From Eledone cirrhosa (Eukaryota), in the NCBI GenBank assembly GCA_964016885.1, contig OZ024741.1, positions 293,446,001-293,510,000 on the forward strand: a DNA stretch of 64,000 nucleotides, given 5' to 3'. Positions 28,135 through 43,521 of this stretch are shown here, one piece after another (the stretch's first letter is position 1; each line of letters opens with the position of its first letter). The notes beneath the pieces are model-generated. The model saw only the letters and a list, made by a program, of their open reading frames with translations, had not been told where the DNA came from and did no database searches. The position numbers and the translations under genes are program-made.

Positions 28135-29207
28135 CATCATCATCACTGTTTTACGTCCGTTCTTCCACGCTAGCAAGGGTTAGTTGTCCTGTCGGCTGAC
28201 CTTGTCTTTCTCATAAGGGAACTGATTCTGGCTTGATTTCTACAGATGGATGCCCTGCCTAACACCAACCTCATTTACGGTGAGTGCTGGGTGCTTTTTT
28301 TCCATGGCGCCTACACGTCCACTTTACAGTGTGGGCTGGGTGCTTTTTTGCCGTGGCACCTCCACGACCACTTTGCAGTGGGAGTGGTTGGAGGCATATT
28401 GTCTATATGCTTCAGCTTCAGCTTGTACCCATGAGAAGTTGGGCCTTCTGTATTACTGCGTGACACCAGAGGTCACGGTCGTGTATCATCACCCCTGAGA
28501 GGTACAATTGGGTAAGGTCAGCTTTTATCACCTCATCCCAGGTCTTCTTGGGTCTCCCCACTCCGTGGCTTCCATTGACTTCTAGTGTTCTGCACCTTTT
28601 TTTTCAGCTGTCATCCTTCATAAGCATCACATGTCCATACCAACATAACCTCCTCTCCTGTACACAGCATTTGATTCCTGTAATGCTCAGTCTCTCTCTC
28701 AATTTGTTTATGCTTTGCCATTCTCGTATATTACTATTACATATCCATCGGAGCATGCAAGCTTCATTTCTTTCTAATCTGTGCGTCTTCTACAGATAGC
28801 GCACAGGTTTCACTACCATGTAACATTGCTGTTTGTATACACGCATCATACAGTCTGCCTTTCATTTTGAGGGAAAAGCCTTTAGCAGCTAGCAGTGGCA
28901 GTAGCTCCCTGAACTTCTTCTATCCTGTTCCTACCCTAGTTATTGTACTTTCCAAATACCCATCTCCACTGCTAATTCGGTCACCTAGGTAGCAGAAGCT
29001 GTCTACTGTTTCTACAGAGCCCTCCCAGAGTTTGGTGGTGCTTGTTTCCTGTGGCTGTTTGCTGCTTGCTGTCCCAGTGCAGCTGCTACATAAGAAGCCT
29101 ACATTCTTAGTTAAGCTTCCTGAGATCCCACTACATCTCTTGTTTGCATTTGGGGCAGAGGATGGAGTTCCTACCTACACTTTTCCTACATACTGAGCAA
29201 GGCCATT
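28135..29207 (-). mobile_element. RTE LINE 3' fragment, same subfamily as 24470-25430 and inverted relative to it, with a PHD-like remnant
   Basis: The reverse complement is collinear with 24470-25430; WPCSVCRKSVGRNSILCPKC lies at 29145-29207. Confidence 0.92.
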
Positions 29208-29482
29208 TATATATATATATATATAATGTATAGATATATGTCTTTATATATATGTGTGTTAAGTATTTCCCTAAAAAAGGTAAAGCAAAGAAGAGTCCTC
29301 TATTTATAGTACAGAGCTATTTAATTACATAATAAACAATAATATAATTATTACATTACCAAAGGTTTCAAGAAACTAGACAAAATAGTTATAACTATTT
29401 CATCTGATGAATGGGCTGGACGTTTCTATAAGGATTGTCTAGTTTCTTGAAATGGAATAATCAGATTGTGTTGTTTATTATG

Positions 29483-29544
<62 letters not shown>

Positions 29545-30189
29545 TATGTATACGTACATACATATATGTATACAGGCATACAGTAGTATGTATATATATA
29601 CATACATGCACACATATATATATATGTACGTATGGATTCACCGAACATTTATTATAATGCTCGGTTTGTTTGTAAACAAACATCCCGAATTAAGCCATAC
29701 AGTGTTTAGCAACCATCGTTGCCCTTTTGTTCAACACTGACAAAGGTACGATTTACTAGTTTCAAGCTTGTTAGCTATCATCAGCACTGTATACCTTCCT
29801 GACGTTCAATCATCTGGCAGTACATATATATATGTGTGCATGTATGTATATATATATACATACTACTGTACGTCTGTATACATATATGTATGTACGTATA
29901 CATACTTATATTTAAGTAAAAGCCGTACTAAGAGTGAGAAATGAAATTTTGTTTCATTTTTTCCATTTATATATATATATATAGATAGATATAGATATAT
30001 GTCTATATATTTATGAATAGAGATATGTTGATATATTTATGTATAGACATATGTCTATATATTTATATATAGAGATATGTTGATATATTTATGTATAGAC
30101 ATATGTCTAAATATACATGTATAGAGATATGTCTATATGTATTTATATATATCTGTGCTCCGATTAATATGTAATAGTAATATACATGA

Positions 30190-30440
30190 ATGGGGAAGAA
30201 TCAGTGAACTGAGAGAATCTGGGCATAATAGGGCCAGATGCAGCATGCAAGAGAGGAGATTGCATATGGAGGATGGCAGCTGGATAAAAAAGTACAAGGA
30301 AACCTAGGAAAGCATGGGGGTGAAGTGATAAAAGCTGATCTAGCACAATTAAACCTCTCAAAGGCAATGATACAAAACCAAAATATCTGGTGATATGCAG
30401 TACAGCAAAAGATCCACCTTCCCATGTGTACAGGATATAG
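30190..30440 (+). mobile_element. Degenerate RTE LINE 3' fragment
   Basis: Similar to 24830-25125 (gagagaatctgggcataat...gcaagagaggagattg...gatggcagctggataaaaa). Confidence 0.65.
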
Positions 30441-31239
30441 CAAACATCTAAATAATACTAGTCTGCACCAAATCTTCTCTCTCCTTGCCCATACACCTCC
30501 AACATTTTAATATTTGTTCCACCCCTTTATCTAGCTAAGTACCCCACCTTAGACCTACCTCTCCAATTCCCATCCTGCATACACACACTACATCTCCCCT
30601 CAACCCCCACATTCCATATCTTCTGATATACCTATCTTATCCAACCCATATATTCAAGTGTAGAAAGCTGGATATGCTCTCTCACAATGCTGCTGCAATG
30701 GCAAAAAGCACTTAGTTCACCCTGTAATATGGTCATGCATGTGACATAGCAAAGGTCTAGCATGTAAGGTAGTCATGCTGGTAATACGAAAACAAAAAAA
30801 AAAACCATTCCAACCTGTCTGATGGTCATTTCGGTGCCATGATGAAAAGCACCTAGTCCATACTGTATTTTGGTTGGTGTTAGGAAGGGCATTTAGTTGG
30901 AGAAACCAGGCCAGTGGTGGTGGTGGTGGTGGTGTGTGTGTGTTTTATGATGATTGTGTGTGTGTGCATGTCTTTTGTATACATACATATATCAATCTAA
31001 AACCAAGCATGAAGAGATAGTATCATATTTAGCTATCAAACATCTACACTACATATAATTTTTACTGCTTTTAAACTGTTATTTATCGGAAATAGAATTG
31101 GAATAAATTGGTATTTCTAGAATCATTTGCCACTTCCATAAAAGTTTACCAAAATCCAGTGCTGCATTGCAGTCTAGTCTGGTCTAATGGTGGGTAGGCT
31201 TTAGTTTTTGTTTTTATTTGAATATTATTAATATGTATT

Positions 31240-31940
31240 GAGATGGTAATGGTGGTTGTGATGATGGTGCTACTGATGGTGATAATGATGGCTATGGTGT
31301 TAATAATGATGGTGCAAATGATGATAATGGTAATGTTGTTAGTGATGGTGGTGTGAATGAGACGATGATGATGGCTATGTTATCAGTGATGATAGTGCTA
31401 ATGATGACAATGCTGATGGTTGTGGTTGTTGTGATGATGGTTATGGTGGTTATAATGATGATTATGGTAGATAATGGTGATGGTTATGGTGGTTGTGATG
31501 GTGATGATGATTATGGTAGAGGTGATGGTGGTGATGATGATTATCATAGAGGTGATGGTGGGGGATATGATGATTAAAGTAGAGGTGATAGTGATGGTGG
31601 TGGTGATGATTATGGTAGAGGTGAGGGTGATGATGGGAATGATGATGACAGTGATAATGGTAATGATAATAGTATTAGTAGTGATGATGATAATGGTAAT
31701 CCTGATAGTAATGGTTGTGGATGAAGATAATGGTTGTGGTGGTGATGGCTAAATTGAGGATAGTGGCAATGAATATCGTGATTGTGACATCAATGATGGT
31801 TATGGTAATATTGGCACTGATGGTGGTTTTTGTGATTGTGGTTATGTTCAAGATGATGATATTGGTCATAATAATGATGGTTGTGATGATGGCAAGAATT
31901 CTGATAGTAATGATGGTGGCAGGGATATAAATGATAGTAA
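31240..31940. repeat. Degenerate (GAT/GGT)n low-complexity tract
   Basis: Direct inspection. Confidence 0.9.
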
Positions 31941-33829
31941 TTTTACCTCACCCCTCACCTCCCAATAAAAAATAATCTACATAAAAACACGACAAACCAA
32001 AAAAATAGAGGAAACCTCAAAATAATATAATCTTGAAGATCTTTAGCTCTGACATCCTCCACTGAACAGACAGACAAATACTATTATATGTTACAATATT
32101 TTACTTTATGATACCAGTGCAATGCTGCCTTCATTATGGTGCAGATATACACATGTGTGCTTATGTGTGCTTGTGTGCATGTCTGCATGACCACTTATTT
32201 ATGCAGTCTGCATGCAATACAAATCAACTATTTATTCAGTATTGATTTCCAACCTTGCCACATGGCCACACACATTCTAAGAAAGTCATCATTTTTTTTA
32301 TGCCTGTTCTTCCATGCTAGTATGGGTTGGACAAAGGCCAGAGCTTATCCTGGTTGCATTTTCAACTGAGTGGACTGAAGCGATATGAAATGAAGTGCAT
32401 TGCTCAAAGACATAACATGCCAGCTGGTCTGGGAATCAAACCTGTTCACATTTTTATGATTGTGAGCACAACACCCTAACCCCTAGGCCATACAGCTTCG
32501 ACAGAAGCACTGTATACAATATTAATGTCCAAACTTGCTACTTAGTCATATATTCTTAGTCTTCTATATAATTCTAGTCAGATATACGATGTTGTAAAGG
32601 AATATTAAATTGACCTCAGTATTTGACTGGTCCTTTATTTTACTGACTCTAGAATAATGAAAGGTAAAGTACATTTCAACAGGAATCAAATTTAAAATGT
32701 TCTTATCCTATCCAGTGGAAGTTTTATACTCTTAGTTGCTTCACATCATGGAAACCAGGTTAAGCCCCAGCCTAATGAATCTCCAGACTTGAGACAGACA
32801 GACTTTAGATCTTAGCCTTAGTACACCAATAAAACAATAAGTGTCTTAAGGCCATTTTCTACAGCAAAGCAGAGGTTTCAAGTCTCACAGTGAAAAGAAG
32901 GAAGTGTAAACAGACTTTCAACTATAACCTCTGTACACAGAAAAAACATTGTTACCAAATGAGTGCACATCAAGCAAATTATGCCAAATATTTCAGGTGT
33001 GCTCTATGCCCTAAATGACATATATAGCGATGCTATAAGCATTCTGTTTGCAGAATTAGTGTAGTTATCTTGTGATGAGGAGATAACAATCTCTGAAATA
33101 TGTAAAGATAATCTTTTGTTTTTCTAGAGAACAGTGGAAAATGTGTTTTCTTCTTTTCATAGCAAGATTTTGAATTAAAAATTTGTAACTATATTTGAAT
33201 TAATTAAATCTTAAATCTTCTAATATATACTATTTTGTGTATTTTATTGTTGCCCTTCATCTATATCCATTCTGCTTTTTTCCATGCTAAGCATACTCAT
33301 CCCACCCCGATTTAAGGTCTGAGTATGACAGACAACCTCTCTCTCTCTGCTGAGACTGAGGAGACCACTAATATTTGGAGTACTTAATACATGGGGAGAT
33401 GCAGAATGGGTATAGAGATATGTAAAATCCTGACCGTGACACAAAGCGGTTTTGGCTTTTCGCCACAGTCAGGATTTTATATCTCCCTCTCTCTCAGAGT
33501 GTAAATATCTTTACATGTTTTCCCATGGTGATGAGTTTATTTGTTGACAATTCATTCTATCAATGCCTCCTGCCTACTCTGAGTATTTGCTGTGTTGTCT
33601 CTGAATCATACACATGCACCTAACTATTTAACCAGACAATTAAAACAAAAAATTGTACTTACTAAGGAATTATTCACCAATGACAGATACTAATCTTAAT
33701 TGTGACATTTAATTCCAGTGGGTTATACAGGCTGAATACTAATTAATATATTCAACACCCGTGTGTGGATCATTTGTCAAGTGCTTGACGAGTATATTTA
33801 ATTACACATTACATGTGTATTTCAACAAA

Positions 33830-34325
33830 TTTGTTAGATATGAATTTCATGCAACAACATACATCAGATGGGAATTTATTGTTATATACATCAGATGCAT
33901 ATTTAATGTAATGCACATCTGATGTGTATTTCATGTAACATACACTAGATGTGAATTTTATCTAACACACCAGATGTGTATTTCATGTAACAAAATGCAC
34001 CAGATGCACATTTTATGTAGCACACAGCACATGGTAATTTTATGTAACACATGCCAGATGGGAATTTAAGGTAATATGGATGTACTATGTCACATTGTGT
34101 TGCATTAATTATGCCAAAGAATTATGTGAAGGGTACATGTGTCTGTGGAATACTCAACCACTTACACTTTAATTCAAGAGTCGGATGTTCATTTGATTAA
34201 ACAACTGAATGCTTATCCTCAAACCTGACTGAGGGCCCATCATATTCCATTTAACACACCAGATGTACATTTCATTTAACACACCAGATGTACATTTCTT
34301 TTAACACACCAGATGTAGATTTCAT
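33830..34325. repeat. Degenerate ~25-28-bp tandem repeat (cagatgtacatttcatttaacaca) interrupted by unique sequence
   Basis: Recurrent cagatg..att motif at 33865-34065 and 34250-34325. Confidence 0.7.
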
Positions 34326-34559
34326 GCTGTCGATAAATTTGCTTAGGAACTATTCTTAATCTAAGTGAAAGAGAAAAAAAAGTAAATCCTTTTCTAAATC
34401 ATAATAAAACATGACAGTACCTTTGTGTGGAGAGTTGTCATAGATAAGAAATAAATTCCTAGGATGGGTTGCCAAGTTTATTGCAGGTAAACTTATCATA
34501 ATTGGATAATTATTCACTAAATTAAGAGTGGTGGAGCAATAACCTGTTTGTTTTTTACC

Positions 34560-34817
34560 CAGTGCTGGACTTAGCTATAAGCTACAGCTTAGGGCCATAC
34601 ACAGTTGTGGGGGGGGGGGGGGGGGGCATCACTTAAAAAATATATATTTTTATCTTAACATTAGTTTTAATTTTTTAACACTAAATCATCTAAAATTATG
34701 TATATATTATTTATTCATTATCATTGATATTTATTTAAAAAAATATAATTATATCTTTTTAGAAAAGAGCCTCAAATTTCATATAGCTTAAGGTCTCAGT
34801 AGGTGAAAATCTGGCCT
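34560..34817. mobile_element. hAT-type MITE with degenerate TIRs
   Basis: Ends cagtgctggactt / aaatctggcct; exact 8-bp flanking duplication tttttacc. Confidence 0.6.
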
Positions 34818-35488
34818 TTTTTACCCAATATTTGGTGTACCTGTTTATAAGCTAGGTGGACTGTGACTGTTTGCTATAATCGTTTCTACTTTTGGCACAA
34901 GGCCAGCAATTACCCAGTACATTACTGGTACTTTATTTTATCGACCCTGTAAGGATGAAAAGCAAAGTTAACCTCGGTGGTATTTGAACTCAGTCCGTAA
35001 AGGGATGTAACTCTGCTGCAATGCATGGCGTCCAACCTTCCACCGATACTGCCAATCAACCACTCTATAATAATAGTATGTTAGTTCACATAGGTACACA
35101 TGTCTGGGCCTAACCACCTGGTCAAGGAGAGCACCCTGTTTAACCCAAGCTGTGTGTATGTCTACTTGTCTACACATAGATATACATATGTATGTCTGTA
35201 TATATGTGTGTGCATGTCTGTCTTCACATAACTATACACATAGCATATACTATCTCTGTATATGTGTGTATATGCCTGTCTACACATAGATATACATATG
35301 TGTGTTTGTATATGTGGGTGTGTTTGATTGTCTACACATAAATATACACATATATGTCTATATATATATATATGTGTGTCTGTCTGCCTATCTGTGTGTG
35401 TCTACATATATATTAAGTTGGTGAACACAAGCCAAAACCCGCTTGATGTCGCAGTCGGGGTTTATACCCCCCTCTCTTTCTCTCTGCT

Positions 35489-35524
<36 letters not shown>

Positions 35525-36272
35525 AACACACACACCTAGTATACTGTAAATATCACAGTTCTTTTAGTGGTAAGAACATATATATGTATATACATACACA
35601 TGCTTGCTGCCTGCACACATGTACTTATACAGTATAGTGTAGGTATCAGAATTGTGTTAATGGTGGGTACCAAGAGATTGTTGATTAACATGAGAAATGT
35701 TCATATATTTGAAATCAGGACATTGTGAATATAGAAGCATTGGTTACATAGGAGGTACAGGAGATGTCAGAGGAAGAGGTGTGGTGGTGGTAGTTGGGGA
35801 TGAGAGATGAGGGGGATGAGAGATGATAGGAGAAGAGATGAGAGAGGGGGAAGAGAGGCAGTTTTTGAGGAATGAGGGAGAAGATTTAGTAAAGGGGGAG
35901 AAAGTGGAAGATGATGTGGAAGAAGAAAAGAAGCTGGGTAAAAGGAGGAGGAGGAGGGGAAAAAGAAGGCCTAGGGGAAGCCCCCAATAAAATGTCATTT
36001 AAAAGTTATATCAGTCTTCCATCTAAGAGGAAACATTGTATATCTTTCCTTCTTACATTTTCTCTCTCTCTTTCATTCTTTTCTATTGTATGCAGTCAGT
36101 TTTAACAAAAGACAAAGTTTTCTTCTTGTTAGCCAGTGGGTCTGTTGTTGCTGCCAACATCCGCTACATCATGATAGGTATTAAGAATAAAGATCCCCTA
36201 TGGAGACTATATCTCACTTTGGTTTCATTTGTTTTATTTGTTTTTTACTGGTTTATATATATATATATATAT

Positions 36273-36353
<81 letters not shown>

Positions 36354-36640
36354 ATCTCAGTTTTATCTAGCTTATATTTGTTTTACTTACATGAAAAAGT
36401 AAAAGCACAATAATAGAATAAAAATAATAAAATACCCCCATAGATGTTGTTGGTTATCAGGATGTGACTGGAAATTGAACACTTAGTCTTCCTTCTCTCT
36501 TGTTCTCCCCCCCCCCCTCTCTCTCTCTTTTTCCTTGTTCTGCCCTGTGTCAGTATTTTATGACACTTACTGATTGAGAGAGAGAGAGAGAGAGGGCTGG
36601 AAGAGGGGGCGGTTTGTTTCTTACAACTTCATACACACAC

Positions 36641-36671
<31 letters not shown>

Positions 36672-36735
36672 CAAACACACTTATATAGTGAAGGAATTTT
36701 ATATTCATAGTGTGTATATGTGTAAGTATGTCTGT

Positions 36736-36781
<46 letters not shown>

Positions 36782-37072
36782 ATGTATATATATATGTGTG
36801 TATATATATATGTGTGTATATATACATGTGTGTGTATGTTTGTATGTATATGTCTGTGTGTATATATTTATTTATTGAGAGAGCAGTAGAAGAGAAGGAA
36901 GTAACAGTGAGATAAGTAAAATATAAGGAGAGAGAAGGGGGGAGAAGATTTGGTTGTAATGGTTGTGGTAGTGGTGACTTCAGTGGTGTTGGTGTATGCA
37001 TGGTGGTCATCATAGTGGCTGTGGTGATTGTGTCAGTAGGGATGGCTATAGTAGTGGTGCTAAAGGTTGTAA

Positions 37073-37378
37073 TAATTGTTTCTATTTTTGGCACAAGGCC
37101 AGCAATAACCCAGTGCATTGCTGGTACTTTATTTTATCGACTCCGTGAGGATGAAAGGCAAAGTTAACTTCGGCGGGATTTGAACTCAGAATGGCAAGGG
37201 CCGTAACTCTATGCGTCAAAGCATAGCGTTCAACCCACTCCCGATACTGCCTTTAGTAAAGGTTGTAATAATTGTTTCTACTTTAGGCACAAGGCCAGCA
37301 ATTACTCAGTACATTAATGGTACTTTATTTTATCGACCCCGTAAGGATGCAAGGCAAAGTTAACCTCGGTGGGATTTG
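37073..37378 (-). mobile_element. Head-to-tail SINE family A pair (second copy truncated)
   Basis: Two consecutive copies, each preceded by taaaggttgtaataattgtttcta. Confidence 0.85.
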
Positions 37379-38764
37379 GTGTTTGGTGATGGGTGGTAGT
37401 GATGGTTGTAATAATAATGGTGATGATGATGGTTGGTAGTGGTGGTGTTGGTGATAGTTGTAATAATAATGGTGATGATGATGGTTGGTAGTGATGGTGT
37501 TGGTGATGGTTGTAATAATAATGGTGGTGGTGTGCTGTGAAGTTAGGAGGAGGATCTCCTCTTATGCTTGTGTGAGTCTCCATTCACAATGAATGGTGAT
37601 ATTTTGTAATATGTGTATTGTAGAACTATAAACATATAACACACACATACACAATTATATACATACATACATGTGCATACAGTTGCATACACATACACTC
37701 ATGCACATGAAAGCAGACTCATATTCATACACATACACAAATCCACAAAAATGCATACATGCACACACAATTGCATAAATGTACATGCACAATTTCAGAC
37801 ACGTACACAATTACATATGCATACAGTCACATACAAACATACATGCTAACACACACATGCCCAAATATACAAAAGCACATATACACACACTTAAAAAAAT
37901 ACATATGGAAACAGCTACAGTAGCATGCACATTCTTACAAATACATGCATACACTAACATACACATACAAACATGCACACACACTCATATACAGATAGAT
38001 ATGCATCGATTCACACACAAAACGCTACTTGAACACACACATATCCAAACATTCATACACATGTCTGTTTCAGCAATTGTACCTACACACATACACAAAC
38101 AAATCCACAATCAAACACACACACACACATATGCAAAAGTTGACACAAAATTATATGAAAACATACAGGAACAAATATATATACCCACACATGCACACAC
38201 ACACACACACTTACATTCACATTCATATACCCACACATTCTTTTGTTTCTGCAATCATACATACGCACATACCCACAACCACATATTCAATACACATTCA
38301 AAAATTTACACAAACCATACACTTATATACAATCACATCTTACACAAATATGCCCTCACACACATCTTTTTGTTTCAGCAATCGTACACAATGGAATTGT
38401 ATATAGTATGATTTCCTTCATTACAACCAGGAAATACAAACTTTTGACTTCAGAGAAATAACTTGAGGATAATTCTAATATTGAGTAATTTGAAAAGTAA
38501 AATACACTCAATTGATTTTTCTCCAAGATCTACCAAACTGCCAATGTGTTAAAATGTCTTATAGACTTCTGAAAATGCATCATGCCTCACAGGGACATTC
38601 TCGAGTTTGGGGAATTTTTCATTTCTTTATTTTTTTTTTATTTCCTTATATTTCTTTTCAATTCTTCCCAAAATGATTTGTGTCCAGCTTTTAGTTATTT
38701 AAAAGAAATATTTCAAGCAAGATGTTCCAGTTATGTGTTATTTTACTTTTCTTTGTTAGTTTTA

Positions 38765-39015
38765 AGCTCCGATACTATGGACACATGGTTAGAATGTCTC
38801 AAGAAAGAATTGCTGGACAGGTTTTATGGGTAAAACCAGCTGGTAGGAGACCCTGGGGTAGACCCGAGCAAGATAGTTAGATGATATTCATGAGTATGGG
38901 TGGTCTTGCTTGGGGATACAGCTGGATCAGATGGAAACAGTTGCTTCTGACCGGACCCGCGAGAAGGAGGTCTCTTCCCCCATGACCCCCTCAGGAATAA
39001 TTGGGGGAAGAAGAG
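38765..39015 (+). mobile_element. 3' end of a second RTE-like family with a GAA tail; related copies at 57265-57527 (+) and ~53480-53700 (-)
   Basis: LRYYGHMVRMSQERIAGQVLWVKPAGRRPWGRP; near-identical text at 57268-57527. Confidence 0.75.
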
Positions 39016-40555
39016 GTTTTAAGCTTTAGGTTTCAAGTTTGGAGTATCATATGACACTACACTTGTGGTAGTAGTTTTGTGTATAAATTTGAGCTGTCAT
39101 CAGTAACTCATGGATAGCTGTTCAATTTCAAACATTGTTCTATTATCATTCACTGTTTAGGCTTGCGAGTTACATGTGTTTACGTTCAAGTGTTTATCAA
39201 TAATCATTCGCCAGATATGGATGTATAGTATCATGTTTATTTTGAAGTTTCCACCATCGTGGTTCACCTGATATGTAGAAAAAATGAAATTCACAGATTA
39301 CATTTATGCAGGATTAGCTGGTCATCTATGAAGTTGTATCTTATAGGTGTTTTCTTGGGTGTATTAATGATAGAGAGCCTAGTCACATCATTAAAAACAA
39401 TGCAAAATGAAGCATCTTGCTCAATACCACAATACACTGATCAATTCAGGAATCAAACCTGTGACCTTATGATAATGAGTCCAACAGCTTAACCTCTAGG
39501 CCATATTACTTCACCAGATTCAGCAGCTTTTGCTTCAATCATGGTTAAGCAGCCATGAAAGTTTGAGTGTGGATCAATCAGAGTTCATCAGATACATTAG
39601 TATAGTTTCAAGCTTTTGTCTATCATGGTTCACAAAATATATTGATTAATGTCCAAATGTTAAGTGATTAATATTTGGACATTAATCTATATATAGTTTT
39701 GATTTATCATGGTTTATTAGATATAGGAATTTATGTTTGGATCAATCATAGTTCACCAGCTATTAATATAATAAGTTAGTTCACATTTTGATCTATCATA
39801 ATTCACCAGTTATGTTTAGTTTCAATCTTTTATCTACCATGCTTTAGCATATGTAAGAGTTGGGTTTCACATTTTGTTTCATCATGTTTCACCAATTAAA
39901 TTTCACATTTTGTTCTATCATCATTCACAAGACATGGGAAATTAATTTAGTTTGACACTTACATGGTTCATCAATTATGAGTTTAGTTTCACATTTTTAT
40001 CTATCATATTAGCAGTTATATGAGACTAGGTTCAATGGACATGTGATGTGTATGCAACCCACTTGAGGAGGTAGCTGCATGAGATGGGGTGGCTGTTGGA
40101 GTGGGTGATTCTGGCTATTCTCTTTGCCATTTTGTACACTGGGCATGGCTAAGGCACTACTTGGAGTAGAGTGTGGTGTCTGTTCCATTCCTCTCCCTTT
40201 CTTTAGTTACTTGATTATTATTTTCTTTTTCTTTTCATTTCCTTTTTTGTTCTCTAATTGTGTGTTTTGTTTTTATATAAACTGCTTTGTAAAATAAAAA
40301 AGCCATTAACAAAACTTGACCATTAGCACCAGTGGATAATTGTAGGGTAAACAGTGCCCAGTGATCTAAATAAAATGTACATGTCAAAAAACTGATCTCA
40401 TGAGCTTGATACTCATGCTGCAGATGACAAAAAACCATGATAAATGGAAAAACACTATGTTGAAGAAGACTCTTCCAATGCATGCAAGCATAGTAAAACA
40501 AACATGCAGATGACAATATGATGATGCTGATGCTGATAGTGATAATGATACACAT

Positions 40556-40611
<56 letters not shown>

Positions 40612-40640
40612 AACCACATATTGCATGTGTGTAGATATGT

Positions 40641-40716
<76 letters not shown>

Positions 40717-41442
40717 ACATATCTACACACATGCAATATGTGGTTGACATTTGGAAGGGCATCCAGCTGTAGAAACCAAGCCAAATGAACATGATGTAGT
40801 CTCCAGACTTGACTTGTCTCATAATGTGACAAACCATCTAACCCATGCAAGCATGGAAATTGGACATTAAATGATGATGACGATGATGATGAAACACTTG
40901 TAAATACATAAACAATTATCAGGATACAAAGTAGGGATCGCTGAACATACAGACTGTATGTGGGGTTGTGTATGAATGGATTTGTTTATACTTCTGTATG
41001 TGTAAGTAGAAGTGCAAATAATGTGCATATGCATATGTATCTCCTTCCTACTATCTGGAAGGCCTCCACAATAATATTCATTATTACACAATGCAGTAGA
41101 TACTTAAAACCTTTCATTTACATACATCATATATTTATGACAATTCCTACTACAATGATTTACATACATCATACATTTATGATTGAATATGCAACAATGA
41201 AAAGCCAGATAAGTTTTAACTCTTTCGTCTCTCTAAAGACTAGGTCTGTTCACCAGCATTTGGTAATATCAGTTACTGCAAGACTCAATTAGATGATTTA
41301 TTGTTATCTCTTTACTAATAAATCTCTCCGTTGCTGTACCATATATACTTCTTATTTCTCTTGTCTTGACTTTAAAATGTTTAAAATAAATATTAATGAG
41401 AAATGTGAGTGTGTATACATACTTATATATGTGTGTTATAAA

Positions 41443-41555
<113 letters not shown>

Positions 41556-42027
41556 GCATAAATATATTTTATTATAATCCTAAAGTTACGTCAGTAATTC
41601 AAGGGTCTGTAATTTTCAAAGTCTGATGTAGTTTCATAGTTATATTCAAGTATATACCACACTATGTACGACTGAGTTATATTCTCCTGTTTGTGAAATG
41701 GAGCCTGTATATCATTTCATTACATTTCATTTTGCATCCGCTTTTTCCATGCTTGCAAGGGTGGGACGGGAACTGATTCTGGCTTGATTTCTACAGCTGG
41801 ATGCCCTTCCTAACACCAACCTCATTTACAGTGAGTGCTGGGTGCTTTTTTGCCATGGCACCTCTATGACCACTTTGCAGTGGAATGATAGAGACCCCAG
41901 TCCCTATCATCTCATTTCTACAGCTGAGTAAACTGGAGCAATGTGAAATAAAGTGTCTTGCTCAAGGAAACAACACATCACCCAGTCTGAGAATTGAACT
42001 CACAACCTTTCGATTTCAAGGCCAATG

Positions 42028-42075
<48 letters not shown>

Positions 42076-43259
42076 TCTCCAAACTTTCAAAAACATGTTA
42101 GCATTAGCTGACAACATATCAACCCACATACATAATTATGTTACCATCTGATGATGTCACACTGGTGCTGGTTGCTGTTGTAATGATTGTATAACAGTTC
42201 TGTTCTGGTGTCACAGAAATATGTACAATAAACATGTTTATGTAAAACCTATCTTTACATTTACAACACATCTAACAAATTAAATGATAGTACAGTGACA
42301 AAATGTTAAGCATCGAAGATGAACCTAGAAGTTAAAAAGCCTGATATTAAACTGAGAAACAAAAGAAATAAATGGAGTATGCTGTGATGGATGTGTTTTG
42401 TTAGTGCATGAGCAATGAATGTGTAATGTTAGTGTGTCTGAATGACATACCATAACTAAGCTGAGAGAAAACCTTGACATATGAGAAATTGTATATGTGT
42501 GTGTGTGTACATATATGCTACTCATATTTGCCAGCATAAAAATATAACTTGACCTCCAACCAGACCAGTTGCACCTTAGAAACTACTCTCACCATGAATA
42601 TACATTCCCACCCTACCCAAGATCATTCCTATCTCTACTCACCATCTCACCACACTTGTCTTACACTCATCACATTCCTCTCACCTCTTCTCACTTACCC
42701 ATTCTATTTTTGTACTTCTCACCTCACCCATTCTATTCCCAACTTATAACTTCCACCTGTAGGTTACAGAGAACCGTTCTGTTAAATTTATTACTGACAA
42801 CCTCCTTAGTGCTGGTGCCACAATAAAACACACCCAGCACCCTCTTTTAAGATGGGCTTTCAGCCCTAGTCCATGAAAAAGATGTTGAGAAGAACCACCA
42901 ATGTTGCATGTCAAAAATATGACAACATCTCTAATTCTGGTGCCATGATAAAATGCACCCAGTACACAGTCTGTAGTGGGCAGGAACATTTGTAAGCAAG
43001 AAGTATGTCCACTACTTGTCTGAGAGGTCATGAACTCTAATTAAGTATTGACTTTGTCTGTGACCCCCCCCCCCCCCCCCATCCAACCCTTGCATCATCA
43101 TTTTACGTCCGCTTCTCCCTGCTTGCAAGGGTTGGACATATATATATATATATATATAGATAGATATATTGATGTGCGTGCATGTATCATCATCATCATT
43201 TAAGATCTCTTTATATATATAAAGATATATTTAAGTGTGTGTCTGTGTGAGTGCGTATA

Positions 43260-43329
<70 letters not shown>

Positions 43330-43465
43330 TACACACACGCACGGTAGACTTTATATTGTATGGATATTTTAAATAATGTCATATTCATATGTACACATAC
43401 ACACTTCTACATACATCTATGTATACATATATATGTGTGTGTGTGTGTGTATATATATATATCTT

Positions 43466-43521
<56 letters not shown>

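Noticed and set aside
37779-38411. 210-aa His/Thr-rich ORF
   Set aside because: Degenerate (CA)n low-complexity tract.
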